From Patescibacteria group bacterium (GTDB lineage Bacteria; Patescibacteriota; JAHJAL01), in the NCBI GenBank assembly GCA_049322675.1, contig JBMORM010000009.1, positions 16,934 to 80,933 of the forward strand: a stretch of DNA of 64,000 nucleotides, read 5' to 3'. The notes below the pieces were generated by a model. The model worked only from the letters and a program-made list of their open reading frames with translations, ran no database searches and was not told where the DNA came from. Positions 31,549-41,101 of the stretch are shown one piece after another. A program made the translations under genes and the position numbers. How positions within the stretch are numbered: position 1 is the first letter of the stretch; the number at the start of each line of letters is the position of its first letter.

Positions 31549-32274
31549 TTAATTTAATAGACCAAAAGCATAAATAGCTATAACGGCCATAGAATTTTTA
31601 ATCACGTGAGTTAAATATGATGGCCACAATGATTTGCTCGCTATATATAAATAGCTGAGGATTATACCAAAGATAAACGTGAAGATAATAACATTGAGTT
31701 GAAAATGTAATAATGACCAGATTAGAGTACTAATTATTATTCCAAAATATATATTTACTTTATTGGTTAGACACGGTAGCAGAACACCGCGAAAAATAAT
31801 TTCTTCAACCAATGGGCCAATAATTACCGCATAAAATATCATGAGTACTTGAGCTGTTATGGTCATATTTTTTTGAAAAATCTCTTGTGATTCTGCCAGG
31901 TCTATACCTGGAAGAAAAACGATAATAAAAGGAGCGATGGCAATCCAGCTAGCAAAAGTCGCTAAAAAACCTAGTGCCACATACCCGATTATTTTAGCTA
32001 TAGATATTTGCTTAAAACCAAAATCCGATAGAGATAGCTTGTATTTTTTAACGATAAAAAAATAGACGACAGTAAATACGACTCCCGATGCAAATAATTG
32101 TATTAATACCGATAATGCATCACGAGACAGGTGTAAAACCGAAGATATGTCATTGATTTTGAAGATTATCTGCCAAGCATAAATAAAAATTACAATAATT
32201 ATGCTTATAAAAAAACTGCCCAATACTAATAGGGCATCTGTAAGTCGATATGCTTGTAAATGAGAATATTTCAT
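31549..32274 (-). CDS. CPBP (CAAX/Abi) intramembrane metalloprotease
   Basis: PLVEEIIFRG, WSLLH, THVIKN; multi-TM. Confidence 0.9.
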   Translation of the reverse strand: MKYSHLQAYRLTDALLVLGSFFISIIIVIFIYAWQIIFKINDISSVLHLSRDALSVLIQLFASGVVFTVVYFFIVKKYKLSLSDFGFKQISIAKIIGYVALGFLATFASWIAIAPFIIVFLPGIDLAESQEIFQKNMTITAQVLMIFYAVIIGPLVEEIIFRGVLLPCLTNKVNIYFGIIISTLIWSLLHFQLNVIIFTFIFGIILSYLYIASKSLWPSYLTHVIKNSMAVIAIYAFGLLN

Positions 32275-33347
32275 TAAAACAAATTTTTGATATCGGAAAT
32301 GGTTACTAAAAGAATAATACCAATAATAACAACAAAGCCAGCAGTATGGACAATATTTTCCAGGTTAGCAGATATTTTTTTCCCTCGAATTTTTTCTAAA
32401 ACAATAAAGAGCAGCCGACCACCATCGAGAGCCGGGATAGGTAGAATATTGATAAGAGCAAGGTTGATGCTAAGTAAAGAGGTAAGTTGAATTAGGTACA
32501 CAAGTCCCATTTCAGATGCAGTGGCAGCAATTTTATAAATCCCTACTGGCCCAGCAATAGCTACGGGTACTTGATGAACAGTGATTAGATCGCGAATGAT
32601 TTCATATAGAGCAACGATCATGGATTTCAATAATTTGAACATTTCCACAAATCCCATGGGTATTGCCAGATAAAATGGGTATTTTATTGTTTGTTCTTCA
32701 GTCAGGACAACACCGACTTGATAAGCTTGATTGGTTTCGGAAAAAATAGGATGACCGGATACGACAAAAAGATCTTGATTCCGTTTTATCTGGAGGTTAA
32801 TTGCCTGATCTTTGTAATTTTGAATTATGCTTTTGAATTGCTCTACTGAATTGACAGATTGTCCGTTGATATCCATAATCTTGTCACCGGGGATAATTTT
32901 CTCGGAGAAGTCAGATTCTTTGTTTATTTCATAGGCTACAATGTTTGTTGAGACTTGAGCATAAGGATATTCTTTTTGATAATCGCTATTGATCGTAGGT
33001 AACCCTATCATAAATGCTAAGCCCAAAAATAATCCGCCAAGAATCAGATTCATGGTGATACCGGCAACAATTATCGCTGCTTTAGCAAAATGGCTTTTAC
33101 TTACGAAAGAACGAGGATCGTCTTGATTAGTTCCATCTTCGCCCAAGAGTTTTACATATCCACCAAAAGGAATAAGATTGATCATGTATTTGGTTTCGCC
33201 TTTGGTTTTAGACCATATTGTGGGTGGAAAGCCGAAAGCAAACTCTTCAACTTTTACTTTGAATAATTTGGCCACAATAAAATGCCCAAATTCATGGACT
33301 AATACCAAAATACCTAAAATTATCAAAAAGATTAGAGGGGTTAACAT
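32274..33347 (-). CDS. rseP: Site-2 protease RseP
   Basis: HEFGH, PFGGYV, PDZ domain, NILPIPALDGG. Confidence 0.95.
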   Translation of the reverse strand: MLTPLIFLIILGILVLVHEFGHFIVAKLFKVKVEEFAFGFPPTIWSKTKGETKYMINLIPFGGYVKLLGEDGTNQDDPRSFVSKSHFAKAAIIVAGITMNLILGGLFLGLAFMIGLPTINSDYQKEYPYAQVSTNIVAYEINKESDFSEKIIPGDKIMDINGQSVNSVEQFKSIIQNYKDQAINLQIKRNQDLFVVSGHPIFSETNQAYQVGVVLTEEQTIKYPFYLAIPMGFVEMFKLLKSMIVALYEIIRDLITVHQVPVAIAGPVGIYKIAATASEMGLVYLIQLTSLLSINLALINILPIPALDGGRLLFIVLEKIRGKKISANLENIVHTAGFVVIIGIILLVTISDIKNLF

Positions 33348-33355
33348 TTGTGGAT

Positions 33356-33910
33356 TTAGATAGTGAGTAATTCGGTTTCTTTTTTGTCGGCCAAATCGTC
33401 GATATTTTTGTTGGCCTCGTCAATAAACACTTGTAACAATTTTTTTCCTCGTTCAAACTCATCTTCGGATATTTCTTTTTCAACTTTATCCCATTCCGAT
33501 AGTAAATCTTGACGAAGATTGCGGATGGAAATGCGCATTTCTTCAGCTTTGTCTTTGACAATTTTTACAAATTCCTTTCGGCGTTCTTCAGTTAGAGGTG
33601 GTAACTTAATAAAGATTCTTTCGCCGTCATTGGATGGACTTAAATTTAAGTCAGAATTGCCAATTGCTCTTTCGATTTCGCCGAGCGAGTTTTTGTCCCA
33701 GGGTTGAATGAAGATTGTTTGAGCATCAGGAATGGTGATATTGGCCATCTGAGAGATAGGAGTGTGTGCGCCGTAATAAGGAACCCGAATATTTTCGACC
33801 AAACCGGCTGAAGCTCTTCCTGTGCGTATAGAGGCGAGTTCGGTTTTAAAAAATTCAATTGTTTCATTGATCTTTGGTCGATATGATTTTATCAGATCGT
33901 CTGTAGTCAT
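33356..33910 (-). CDS. frr: Ribosome recycling factor
   Basis: IRTGRA, PPLTEERRK. Confidence 0.97.
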   Translation of the reverse strand: MTTDDLIKSYRPKINETIEFFKTELASIRTGRASAGLVENIRVPYYGAHTPISQMANITIPDAQTIFIQPWDKNSLGEIERAIGNSDLNLSPSNDGERIFIKLPPLTEERRKEFVKIVKDKAEEMRISIRNLRQDLLSEWDKVEKEISEDEFERGKKLLQVFIDEANKNIDDLADKKETELLTI

Positions 33911-33989
33911 AATATCTCCTAATTTTTTTATTTATTATTTAGTTAATTGTATTAAAAATCAGAAGAAATAACAAATAATTTATTTATAA

Positions 33990-34024
33990 AAATATAGGGC
34001 AGAATATTATTCTGTCCTATATTT
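33990..34024 (-). terminator. Hairpin/terminator after tsf
   Basis: AATATAGGGCAGAAT-att-ATTCTGTCCTATATT. Confidence 0.6.
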
Positions 34025-34049
34025 ATCTGTCGCAAGAATTGACTTTTAA

Positions 34050-34661
34050 TTAATTGCATATTGTAGCGCCGGACGAGATTTCAAAACGGGCAAAGCGGGC
34101 GATTTTTATATTCTCCCCAATTACTGAAATATTGTTATTGATCAATTGTTCTATTGTTTGATCAGGGTCTTTAACAAATGGTTGTTGGGTAAGACATATT
34201 TCGGAAAAATATTTGTTGATTTTTCCTTCGACGATTTTTTCGATAATATTGGCCGGCTTTCCCTCATTGACTAATTGTTCTGAATATATTTCTTTTTCTT
34301 TGGCGATGAGTTCGGCTGGCACTTGATCGGGAGAGATGTACAGTGGATTGCATGCGGCAATGTGTAAAGCAATATTGTGAACTAAATCTTTAAATTTTTC
34401 ATTTTTGGCAACGAAATCGGTCTCACAGTGAACTTCCAATAATACACCCACGCGACCTTCGCCGTGAATATATGTTTCGATACGGCCTTGACTAGTAGCT
34501 CTTTCGGCTTTTTTTGCAGCTTTGGCGGCACCTTTTTTTCGCAACAATTCTGTCGCCAGATTGATATCACCGTTTGTCTCTTCTAAAGCTTTTTTGCATT
34601 CCATCAGACCACATCCAGTCTGATTACGCAATTCATTGACTAAAGTAGCTTGAATAGCCAT
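34050..34661 (-). CDS. tsf: Elongation factor Ts (short form)
   Basis: LRNQTGCGLMECKKAL, ETDFVA. Confidence 0.97.
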   Translation of the reverse strand: MAIQATLVNELRNQTGCGLMECKKALEETNGDINLATELLRKKGAAKAAKKAERATSQGRIETYIHGEGRVGVLLEVHCETDFVAKNEKFKDLVHNIALHIAACNPLYISPDQVPAELIAKEKEIYSEQLVNEGKPANIIEKIVEGKINKYFSEICLTQQPFVKDPDQTIEQLINNNISVIGENIKIARFARFEISSGATICN

Positions 34662-34673
34662 ATATCCTCCATT

Positions 34674-35390
34674 TTAATTAGATTTTGGCGCGCCAATATT
34701 GGCGGCAATTGTTTTAATAAGCAGATCTAGTGACTTGTAAGAATCATCATTGGCCGGAATTGGATAATCGATGAGATCAGGATCGGCATTGGTGTCCATG
34801 ATAGCAATAACGGGAATTTTTTTTCTGACTGCTTCGGCAACAGCTGTCTTTTCATTGTGAGAATCGATAACAAAAACCGCATCAGGCAATCTATTTAAAT
34901 TTTGGACGCCTTCGTAAATGTTTAATAGATTTTTTTGTTCTTCTTTGAAAGCTTGTATTTCTTTTTTTGTATATTTCGCCAAAAAATCATTGTTGGCCAA
35001 ATCTTTAGTAAGACTGTTTAATCGATTTATATTATGAGAAACAACTTTGTAATTGGTTAATAAACCACCAATCCATCTGTTGCTGATGTATGGCATATTT
35101 ACGCTCTGAGCATATGATTTGACAATTTGCCAGGCTTGTTTTTTGGTGCCAACGAATAATATTTTACCGTTACGTTTACTGATTTCGGAAACAACTTGGC
35201 AGGCCTTTAACATGAGTTGGTGAGTTCTCATGAGGTCAATAATATGAATCCCGTTTTTTTTCTGGAAGATGTATAGTTTCATTTTGGGGTTCCAGCGGGT
35301 GGCCTGGTGTCCAAAATGTACGCCTGCTTCCAGCAATTCTTTGACTGTGGGCAAACTAACCATAGTCTTTTTTTCCGTTGCATTTTCCAT
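34674..35390 (-). CDS. rpsB: 30S ribosomal protein uS2
   Basis: AGVHFGH, WNPKM, RWIGGLLTN, PANDD. Confidence 0.98.
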   Translation of the reverse strand: MENATEKKTMVSLPTVKELLEAGVHFGHQATRWNPKMKLYIFQKKNGIHIIDLMRTHQLMLKACQVVSEISKRNGKILFVGTKKQAWQIVKSYAQSVNMPYISNRWIGGLLTNYKVVSHNINRLNSLTKDLANNDFLAKYTKKEIQAFKEEQKNLLNIYEGVQNLNRLPDAVFVIDSHNEKTAVAEAVRKKIPVIAIMDTNADPDLIDYPIPANDDSYKSLDLLIKTIAANIGAPKSN

Positions 35391-35410
35391 TTTTTATCCT
35401 TTTTTACTTC

Positions 35411-35459
35411 TACTTCCAAATCTACCTGCTCAAAGAGCAAGAAGGATATGTCGGAAGTA
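35411..35459 (-). promoter_or_regulatory. Structured rpsB leader (probable S2 autoregulatory element)
   Basis: Outer stem UACUUCCGA/UUGGAAGUA and inner hairpin UGCUC-UUU-GAGCA, about 20 nt upstream of the ATG. Confidence 0.55.
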
Positions 35460-35524
35460 TGTTTAATAAAATACGTATTTTAATTCTAACAGATTGTTTA
35501 ACTTATGCCAAGGAGACAAGTCAC

Positions 35525-36091
35525 CTACTCACTTTTTTCGTAAAGCAAGATTTTGGTTTTGTCTCCCAAATTGATCGTTTCTCTAAATTCGACCGGTTGA
35601 TGTTGGGAAAAAAGAAAGGACATGGAAATAATTTTTGTTGTTTTTTTTATATTAGAAAAAAGCCAATTTTCAATTTTTTTCAATACATTGGGCAAAAGAT
35701 ATACATAAACAAAATCAGCTTTTGATAGATATTTTTCCACTTTTTTGAAATCTCCATATAGTATTTTTATATTCTCTTTTTCTCCACTCAGATACACTTT
35801 TAGTAGAGAATAAAAATAAAAATATGGCGATCTTTCAACGCCAATTCCTTTGGTACCATATTTTTTGGCAGCCAAAATCAAGCTGCTGGCATCTCCGCAG
35901 CCTAAATCAATAATAAGATTGCCCGGCTTAAGACCAGCATACGAGAATGCATCATCCAGAGCCCTTTTATTGGTGTAAACTACTGGGGCTCCAAATAAAA
36001 GAGCGAGCAATAAACTTAATTGCCAGAGTAGAACCCAGATCAAAATGATCATGAGAAAAAAAATTATTATCAGGGAAATAGTGTGATTCAT
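35525..36091 (-). CDS. Membrane-anchored class I SAM-dependent methyltransferase
   Basis: N-terminal TM, GAPVVYT, IDLGCGD, GVE, ADFVYVYL. Confidence 0.85.
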   Translation of the reverse strand: MNHTISLIIIFFLMIILIWVLLWQLSLLLALLFGAPVVYTNKRALDDAFSYAGLKPGNLIIDLGCGDASSLILAAKKYGTKGIGVERSPYFYFYSLLKVYLSGEKENIKILYGDFKKVEKYLSKADFVYVYLLPNVLKKIENWLFSNIKKTTKIISMSFLFSQHQPVEFRETINLGDKTKILLYEKSE

Positions 36092-37108
36092 TTAATTTAT
36101 TTTATTAATCTGATCCAATAAGCGATATATTTCTTTGGGCCACAAATGTAAATATATATTTTTCGTTGAGCAAAAATTTTTTTCTCCGATAATTGGTTTG
36201 AATACGTGATCAAGGCGACCAGAAAGAAAGTTTCCCGACAAATGACATAATCTCATAATCCAGGAGAGATAGAATAATGTTTTAAATGTTTTGCCGGGGT
36301 TTTTCCGAGTTATTTCTTTTTCAAAATATCTGTTCCAGGTGGAGAGATAAGGATTTATAACAAATGAGGAAAAATCAAATGCGGGATTTGATATTTGGAC
36401 TTTTTCAAAATCAAACAGAACCAATTTATTTTTATTAGAAAATGCAAAAGTGTCAGATACCAGATCACCATGAATAATATTTTGAGAATTTTCATTCCAA
36501 ATTTTTTCATTTTTTATCAGTATTCTGGGAACAAAAATAGTCAATGGGGAAAATTCTCCGGTAAACGATTGGCTTAAAAATTGAAACCAATTGATTAAAT
36601 CCTGCATCTTTTGTCGGTAAAATTTTTTGGGATTTATTTTTTGTTGGTGCAATTCGGTCAAACCATCGATGACAATGGAAGCAAAACGAAGTGGTATTTT
36701 TTTTCTACTAAAAAAGGTATTGGCAGGCAAAGCAGATATTTCTTTTTGATTTATTTTTTTGGTTATTAGCCAAGGATTCGGTTTTTTTCCTGAATGGTAG
36801 TAGTTTGGAATTACCAATTTTTTAAATTTTTTTGTTTTGAATTCTTGATAAAAATTTATTTCGTTGGATAAATTGTATTGGCGACGCGACCTTATATCAT
36901 GCTTTTGGCGAGATTTGTCTCTTTGAAATTTTAGAAAAAATTTTTTATGGTGCTCATTTTTTGTTTGGCAAAAAAAGCGGAAGTTGTTTTCATTATTTAT
37001 TATCGTATTCTCTACAATTTCTGAGAGGTCTCCTATCGATTCAAGTTGGTATTTTTCCAATTTTTGGTTTATTTTTTGAATATATTTGTTTTTTTGATCT
37101 GTCGGCAT
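36092..37108 (-). CDS. APH/choline kinase-like phosphotransferase
   Basis: FLK, NEINFY, IIHGDL, LFDFE; the usual Asn after HGD is absent. Confidence 0.7.
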   Translation of the reverse strand: MPTDQKNKYIQKINQKLEKYQLESIGDLSEIVENTIINNENNFRFFCQTKNEHHKKFFLKFQRDKSRQKHDIRSRRQYNLSNEINFYQEFKTKKFKKLVIPNYYHSGKKPNPWLITKKINQKEISALPANTFFSRKKIPLRFASIVIDGLTELHQQKINPKKFYRQKMQDLINWFQFLSQSFTGEFSPLTIFVPRILIKNEKIWNENSQNIIHGDLVSDTFAFSNKNKLVLFDFEKVQISNPAFDFSSFVINPYLSTWNRYFEKEITRKNPGKTFKTLFYLSWIMRLCHLSGNFLSGRLDHVFKPIIGEKNFCSTKNIYLHLWPKEIYRLLDQINKIN

Positions 37109-37217
37109 ATTTTATTTAACTAGCTTTTTTATTTCTCCGATTTGTTTTCAAATAAACAACCTTGGATTGAGGCAATTCAAAATCAATAAATTGAGGTTGA
37201 GTTATTTGATAGAAAAA

Positions 37218-37290
37218 TGGACCCTACCGGATTCGAACCGGTGACCTCCTGCTTGCAAAGCAGGCGCTCTACCAACTAAGCTAAGGGCCC
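37218..37290 (-). tRNA. tRNA-Ala(TGC)
   Basis: GGGCCCT acceptor with G3:U70, anticodon arm CCTGC-TT-TGC-AA-GCAGG, TTCGAAT loop; CCA not encoded. Confidence 0.97.
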
Positions 37291-37304
37291 GGGAGCTGAA
37301 ACAA

Positions 37305-37403
37305 AATTTTCAATTTCCAAACATATTTTGTAATTGATATTGGAAATTATGAGAATGAATCATTGGAAATTTTTTGGAAATTGGAAATTGAGAATTGGAA
37401 ATT
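37305..37403. repeat. Heptamer (TTGGAAA-type) repeat element, copy 2, with inverted arms
   Basis: TTGGAAA TTGGAAA TTGAGAA TTGGAAA at 37374-37401; 37305-37320 pairs with 37381-37396 (15/16). Confidence 0.7.
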
Positions 37404-37456
37404 TAATAGATAATCAAATCCTTCCGCTGAGACTTTGTACAATGGGTTACATCTAA

Positions 37457-37720
37457 TTAGCCAAAAAATATCAACTGTGTCGGGGCGAGCCAACCAAACA
37501 TTTGATCCATAGCTTTGGTATGCAGACCGGTGATGTATAATAGGCCAATTATTACTGCTAGTCCTCCAAGAATTCGTAAAAAAGCATAAGACCCTGCTGG
37601 ACCCAGATATTTTTCTGCGAAACCAATTCTACCAACCCATTTGATAATCGGATCAGTTTTTAGAATAAGCAAGAAACCTACTCCTTCAAATAACAGAAAA
37701 ATTATTATTTTTTGCAACAT
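37457..37720 (-). CDS. Small hypothetical membrane protein (2 TM)
   Basis: Two hydrophobic segments flanking GRIGFAEKYLG. Confidence 0.7.
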   Translation of the reverse strand: MLQKIIIFLLFEGVGFLLILKTDPIIKWVGRIGFAEKYLGPAGSYAFLRILGGLAVIIGLLYITGLHTKAMDQMFGWLAPTQLIFFG

Positions 37721-37775
37721 ACCCCTTTGATTAAAAATATTTGATTATAATTTAACAAATATTTAAAAGATTTAA

Positions 37776-37805
37776 TAGAGACGCGACCAAAAATCGCGCC
37801 TCTAC
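37776..37805 (-). repeat. GTAG-type REP-like palindrome / hairpin after rplL
   Basis: Minus strand GTAGAGGCGCGATTTTTGGTCGCGTCTCTA; GC-rich stem in AT-rich DNA. Confidence 0.5.
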
Positions 37806-37828
37806 TATCTTTATGCGCTTGGGAAAAA

Positions 37829-38248
37829 TTATTGCAATTCTACTTTGGCTCCAGCTTCTTCTAAAGTTTTTTTCATTTTTTCTGCATCTTCTTTTGGCAC
37901 ATTTTCTTTGACAGTTTTTGGAGCGCCTTCTACCAATTCTTTAGCTTCTTTCAAGCCCAATTCCGGTACGACACTGCGAACAGCTTTGATGACGTTGATT
38001 TTGTTGGCACCGGCCTCCTTTAAAACGACAGTAAAGGCAGATTTTTCTTCTACTGGGGCAGCACCGGCGGCAGCACCGGCAGCCATCATGGCAACTGGAG
38101 CAGCGGCTGAAACTCCAAATTTTTCTTCTAATACTTTCACCAATTGACTCAATTCTAAAACTGACATTTTTTCAATTTGCTCAATCATCTTTTTTGTATC
38201 GTCAGACAAAGCTGACATGTCAATTTCTTTTTTTGCTTCATCGCTCAT
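37829..38248 (-). CDS. rplL: 50S ribosomal protein bL12
   Basis: [34 protein letters not shown]. Confidence 0.98.
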   Translation of the reverse strand: MSDEAKKEIDMSALSDDTKKMIEQIEKMSVLELSQLVKVLEEKFGVSAAAPVAMMAAGAAAGAAPVEEKSAFTVVLKEAGANKINVIKAVRSVVPELGLKEAKELVEGAPKTVKENVPKEDAEKMKKTLEEAGAKVELQ

Positions 38249-38293
38249 AAAATACTCCTAAATATAAGATTTTTGATAAATTTTACAAATAAA

Positions 38294-38824
38294 CTATACG
38301 GCTGGTTTTTGGTCTTTAATGGCATTTAAAACATTGACTAGGCCTCGAATATTACCTGCCAAGACGTTGACAAAACCTGAGATTGGCGAATTGATGCTTC
38401 CTACCAGCTTGGCGTATAATTCTTCTTTGGAAGGCATGGTCGCTAGTTCGATTACTTGCGGTTTGGGGATAAACTGACCGTTGTAAATTCCACCGATTAT
38501 TTCAACTTTGTCTACATTGGCTGCAAAGTCATGAATTGTTTTAGGACCGTTTATTTCGTCATCAAAACTAAAAACCAAATTAACAGCTCCGTCCATGGAA
38601 AAATCAGGCGGTAAAACTAATTTGTTTTTCTCAAGAATCTTTCTGAGAATGGTTTTTTTAGGAACTGCATATTTGCAATTGTTTTTAACCATTTTTTTTC
38701 TTAGTTCAACCATTTGTTCGGCGTTGATGCCTTTATTGACTGTAATGACTACTGATTTGCTCCTAGAAAAATGATTATCAATTTTTTGTAATGACTCTTC
38801 TTTTTGTGCTCTAGTTTTTGGCAT
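38294..38824 (-). CDS. rplJ: 50S ribosomal protein uL10
   Basis: MPKTRAQK, KKT, LATMPSKEELYAKLVG; upstream of rplL. Confidence 0.95.
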   Translation of the reverse strand: MPKTRAQKEESLQKIDNHFSRSKSVVITVNKGINAEQMVELRKKMVKNNCKYAVPKKTILRKILEKNKLVLPPDFSMDGAVNLVFSFDDEINGPKTIHDFAANVDKVEIIGGIYNGQFIPKPQVIELATMPSKEELYAKLVGSINSPISGFVNVLAGNIRGLVNVLNAIKDQKPAV

Positions 38825-38861
38825 ATATTTTTATCTTTTTAACGTAAATAAATATCGACCA

Positions 38862-38985
38862 ATAAAAAAACCTTGTTTCTCAAGACAATTGAACAAACAA
38901 GGTTATTGTTTTATAACTATGGATTGTTCCTAGGTTGGCAATTTGAAGATATTTAAGAGCTTTCGCTCGCCAACTGTCTTGGGAA
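38862..38985 (-). promoter_or_regulatory. L10 leader with terminator/antiterminator
   Basis: Minus strand CCCAAGACAGUUGG...UUAAA...CCAACCUAGG, then AACCUUGUUU...AAACAAGGUUUUUUU; CAAGACAGUUG can alternatively pair with CAAUUGUCUUG. Confidence 0.8.
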
Positions 38986-39001
38986 AAATGATTGTAATGT
39001 T

Positions 39002-39029
39002 ATTTTACCAAATAGATTTGTTTTGTCAA
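39002..39029 (-). promoter_or_regulatory. Sigma70-type promoter of rplJL
   Basis: TTGACA-N16-TAAAAT with extended TG, just upstream of the L10 leader. Confidence 0.65.
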
Positions 39030-39031
39030 AA

Positions 39032-41065
39032 TTACTTGATATCTAGTTTGCCCAATTCCTCCCAGGAATTTTCATCATAAACTTTAATTTTATCATCACC
39101 GATAATATACAAATTGTCGTTGATATATATTGCACGTCGAGCAGAAATGTCGCTGATAGCTTTACTTAGAACCAATTTATTGTTTTTATAGGAAAAAATA
39201 TAACCGCTGTTGGATCCCGGCAGGAAAAATAGTTGGTGTTTGTCATCCAACATAAAAGCATGGTAGTTATTGAGGATATCCGACCAATACTCTTTTAGAT
39301 TGTATTTGTCGATCTCGGTTGGATTTCTGGGATCACTAATATCAAACAAAGATACTTTGACGTTACTATCTTCTTTACCAATGCCCAAGATCAATTTGTC
39401 GGAAATTGGGTGGAGATAAGATGAATAACCGGGAATTTTTAACTCACCGGTTTTTTGGGGATTGGAAGGATTTGATAAATCTAAAACATAGAAAGGATCG
39501 GTTTCTTTAAATGTGACAACATAACCTTGATTGGAAAGAAAACGAACGGAGTAAATTCTCTCCCCTACTCCCAAATCCTTTATGCTGCCGGTGGTTTTTA
39601 AATTATTATCAAGGACATAAACGTCATTGACCGATTCCAAGTTTGATGATGAAAAAGGAAACGACCAAAAATTGCGCCCGATCGTAGTGGCAACCCGAAG
39701 ATGATCTTGATATTCATCCAGTGAAAATTGATTCAATAAAACACCGGGGACTTCTCCAATCGAATCAACTTTAAAGTCAGCTAAATTTATTTTATTGATC
39801 TGAGTTGTTGTCAGTGAGCGTTTGTTGGCTTCCAGGTATTGTTTGACTTGGTTCTCCAAATCATTTTCCAGTTTGGTTTTTTCGTCTTCAGTTAGGGTCA
39901 AAATGTAATTGCTGACGATCGAGTTGAGCTCAACTAGTTTGGCATTGTTGGATAATTCGTAGTCTTTGATTTTTTTCACTTTACTGTAAACATCCTGAGA
40001 AAATAGACTTTCGTCTTGAGAAAGAAAATCAAAGAACAAATTGGTGGGATCTGGGCTTTTTTGGTAAGTAATATATAAGTTATCTGGTGACATATAGACT
40101 ATCGATTGACCGGAGGAACCGACAAAAGACGTATTATTCATTAATTTTCCATCTTTGGGGGCGAATTTCATGATAGTATAAACTGCGTCCGAAGAAACAA
40201 TTTCTCCGGGGTGATATATTTCCTCGCAAGAAATTTTGAAATCCAAATCTGACCCGGACAAAAGAGGCATGGGGCAAACGGGAGTGGAATAAATATTGGT
40301 ACTGGCAATAATATATAGCTCGTCATTGTACGACCGAGATTGATATATTGTGCTATTGTCTTGCAATTCATATTCCCAGGACTTGGTTGGATTGACGGGA
40401 TCTTTAATGTCATAAGCGATGATTTTTGTGTTGTAGTTGAAAATAATCAGCGTATCCCCGATGAGTAACAAGTCGCCATTGGTGTCAATTTTTGATAATT
40501 CGGAAATTTTGTCAGCGGGCAGAGCGTTGATAACTCGAGTGCTTGGGGCTTGATAACCCGGGTAAGCCATATCGCTTGAGATTGCTTCTTCTCTGAAAAT
40601 CGGCACATCATAGTAATAAGATGAGGGGGAAAAGAATATTTCTTGGCCGTTGGTTTTTACAATATCTGGTTCATCAATATTAGCAACCTGAACATTGGTC
40701 GAAGAGTAACGATCGGGCGCGACAGAATCAGAAGATGCGCGAATTGGAGATGGCAAAGCATCACCCTCCATCATTTTACTGGAAGTTGGCATCATTTCCG
40801 CGCTTAACATGTTTCTGGATGAACCGAATGAATAATATGACGAGGAATTCAATTCTTGGCTTTGGGAAAAATAATTTTTGAATTCGGTATCGCTCTTAAA
40901 TTTGGCAAAAGTGGCAGGACCGGTTTGGGTTTGATAAGTTGATTCTCCGCCTGTTTTCCCGGACATATTTTGATAGTATCTCACCAAAAAAAATGCACCC
41001 AAACTACCCGCGATCAAGATAAATAGTAAAACGAAAACTAAGATTGTGATCAAGGTTTTTTTCAT
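39032..41065 (-). CDS. Membrane-anchored beta-propeller domain protein (Beta_propel-like)
   Basis: YSSTNVQVANIDEPDIVKTNG, LLNQFSLDE, ERIYSVRF, DPFYVLDL, GELKIPGYSSYLHP. Confidence 0.85.
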   Translation of the reverse strand: MKKTLITILVFVLLFILIAGSLGAFFLVRYYQNMSGKTGGESTYQTQTGPATFAKFKSDTEFKNYFSQSQELNSSSYYSFGSSRNMLSAEMMPTSSKMMEGDALPSPIRASSDSVAPDRYSSTNVQVANIDEPDIVKTNGQEIFFSPSSYYYDVPIFREEAISSDMAYPGYQAPSTRVINALPADKISELSKIDTNGDLLLIGDTLIIFNYNTKIIAYDIKDPVNPTKSWEYELQDNSTIYQSRSYNDELYIIASTNIYSTPVCPMPLLSGSDLDFKISCEEIYHPGEIVSSDAVYTIMKFAPKDGKLMNNTSFVGSSGQSIVYMSPDNLYITYQKSPDPTNLFFDFLSQDESLFSQDVYSKVKKIKDYELSNNAKLVELNSIVSNYILTLTEDEKTKLENDLENQVKQYLEANKRSLTTTQINKINLADFKVDSIGEVPGVLLNQFSLDEYQDHLRVATTIGRNFWSFPFSSSNLESVNDVYVLDNNLKTTGSIKDLGVGERIYSVRFLSNQGYVVTFKETDPFYVLDLSNPSNPQKTGELKIPGYSSYLHPISDKLILGIGKEDSNVKVSLFDISDPRNPTEIDKYNLKEYWSDILNNYHAFMLDDKHQLFFLPGSNSGYIFSYKNNKLVLSKAISDISARRAIYINDNLYIIGDDKIKVYDENSWEELGKLDIK

Positions 41066-41101
41066 AATGATATAAATTATATTTTTTTTATTATAACATT
41101 T

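Noticed and set aside
37305-37403. Possible CRISPR array
   Set aside because: Units are 7-mers with no unique spacers, and no cas genes are nearby.
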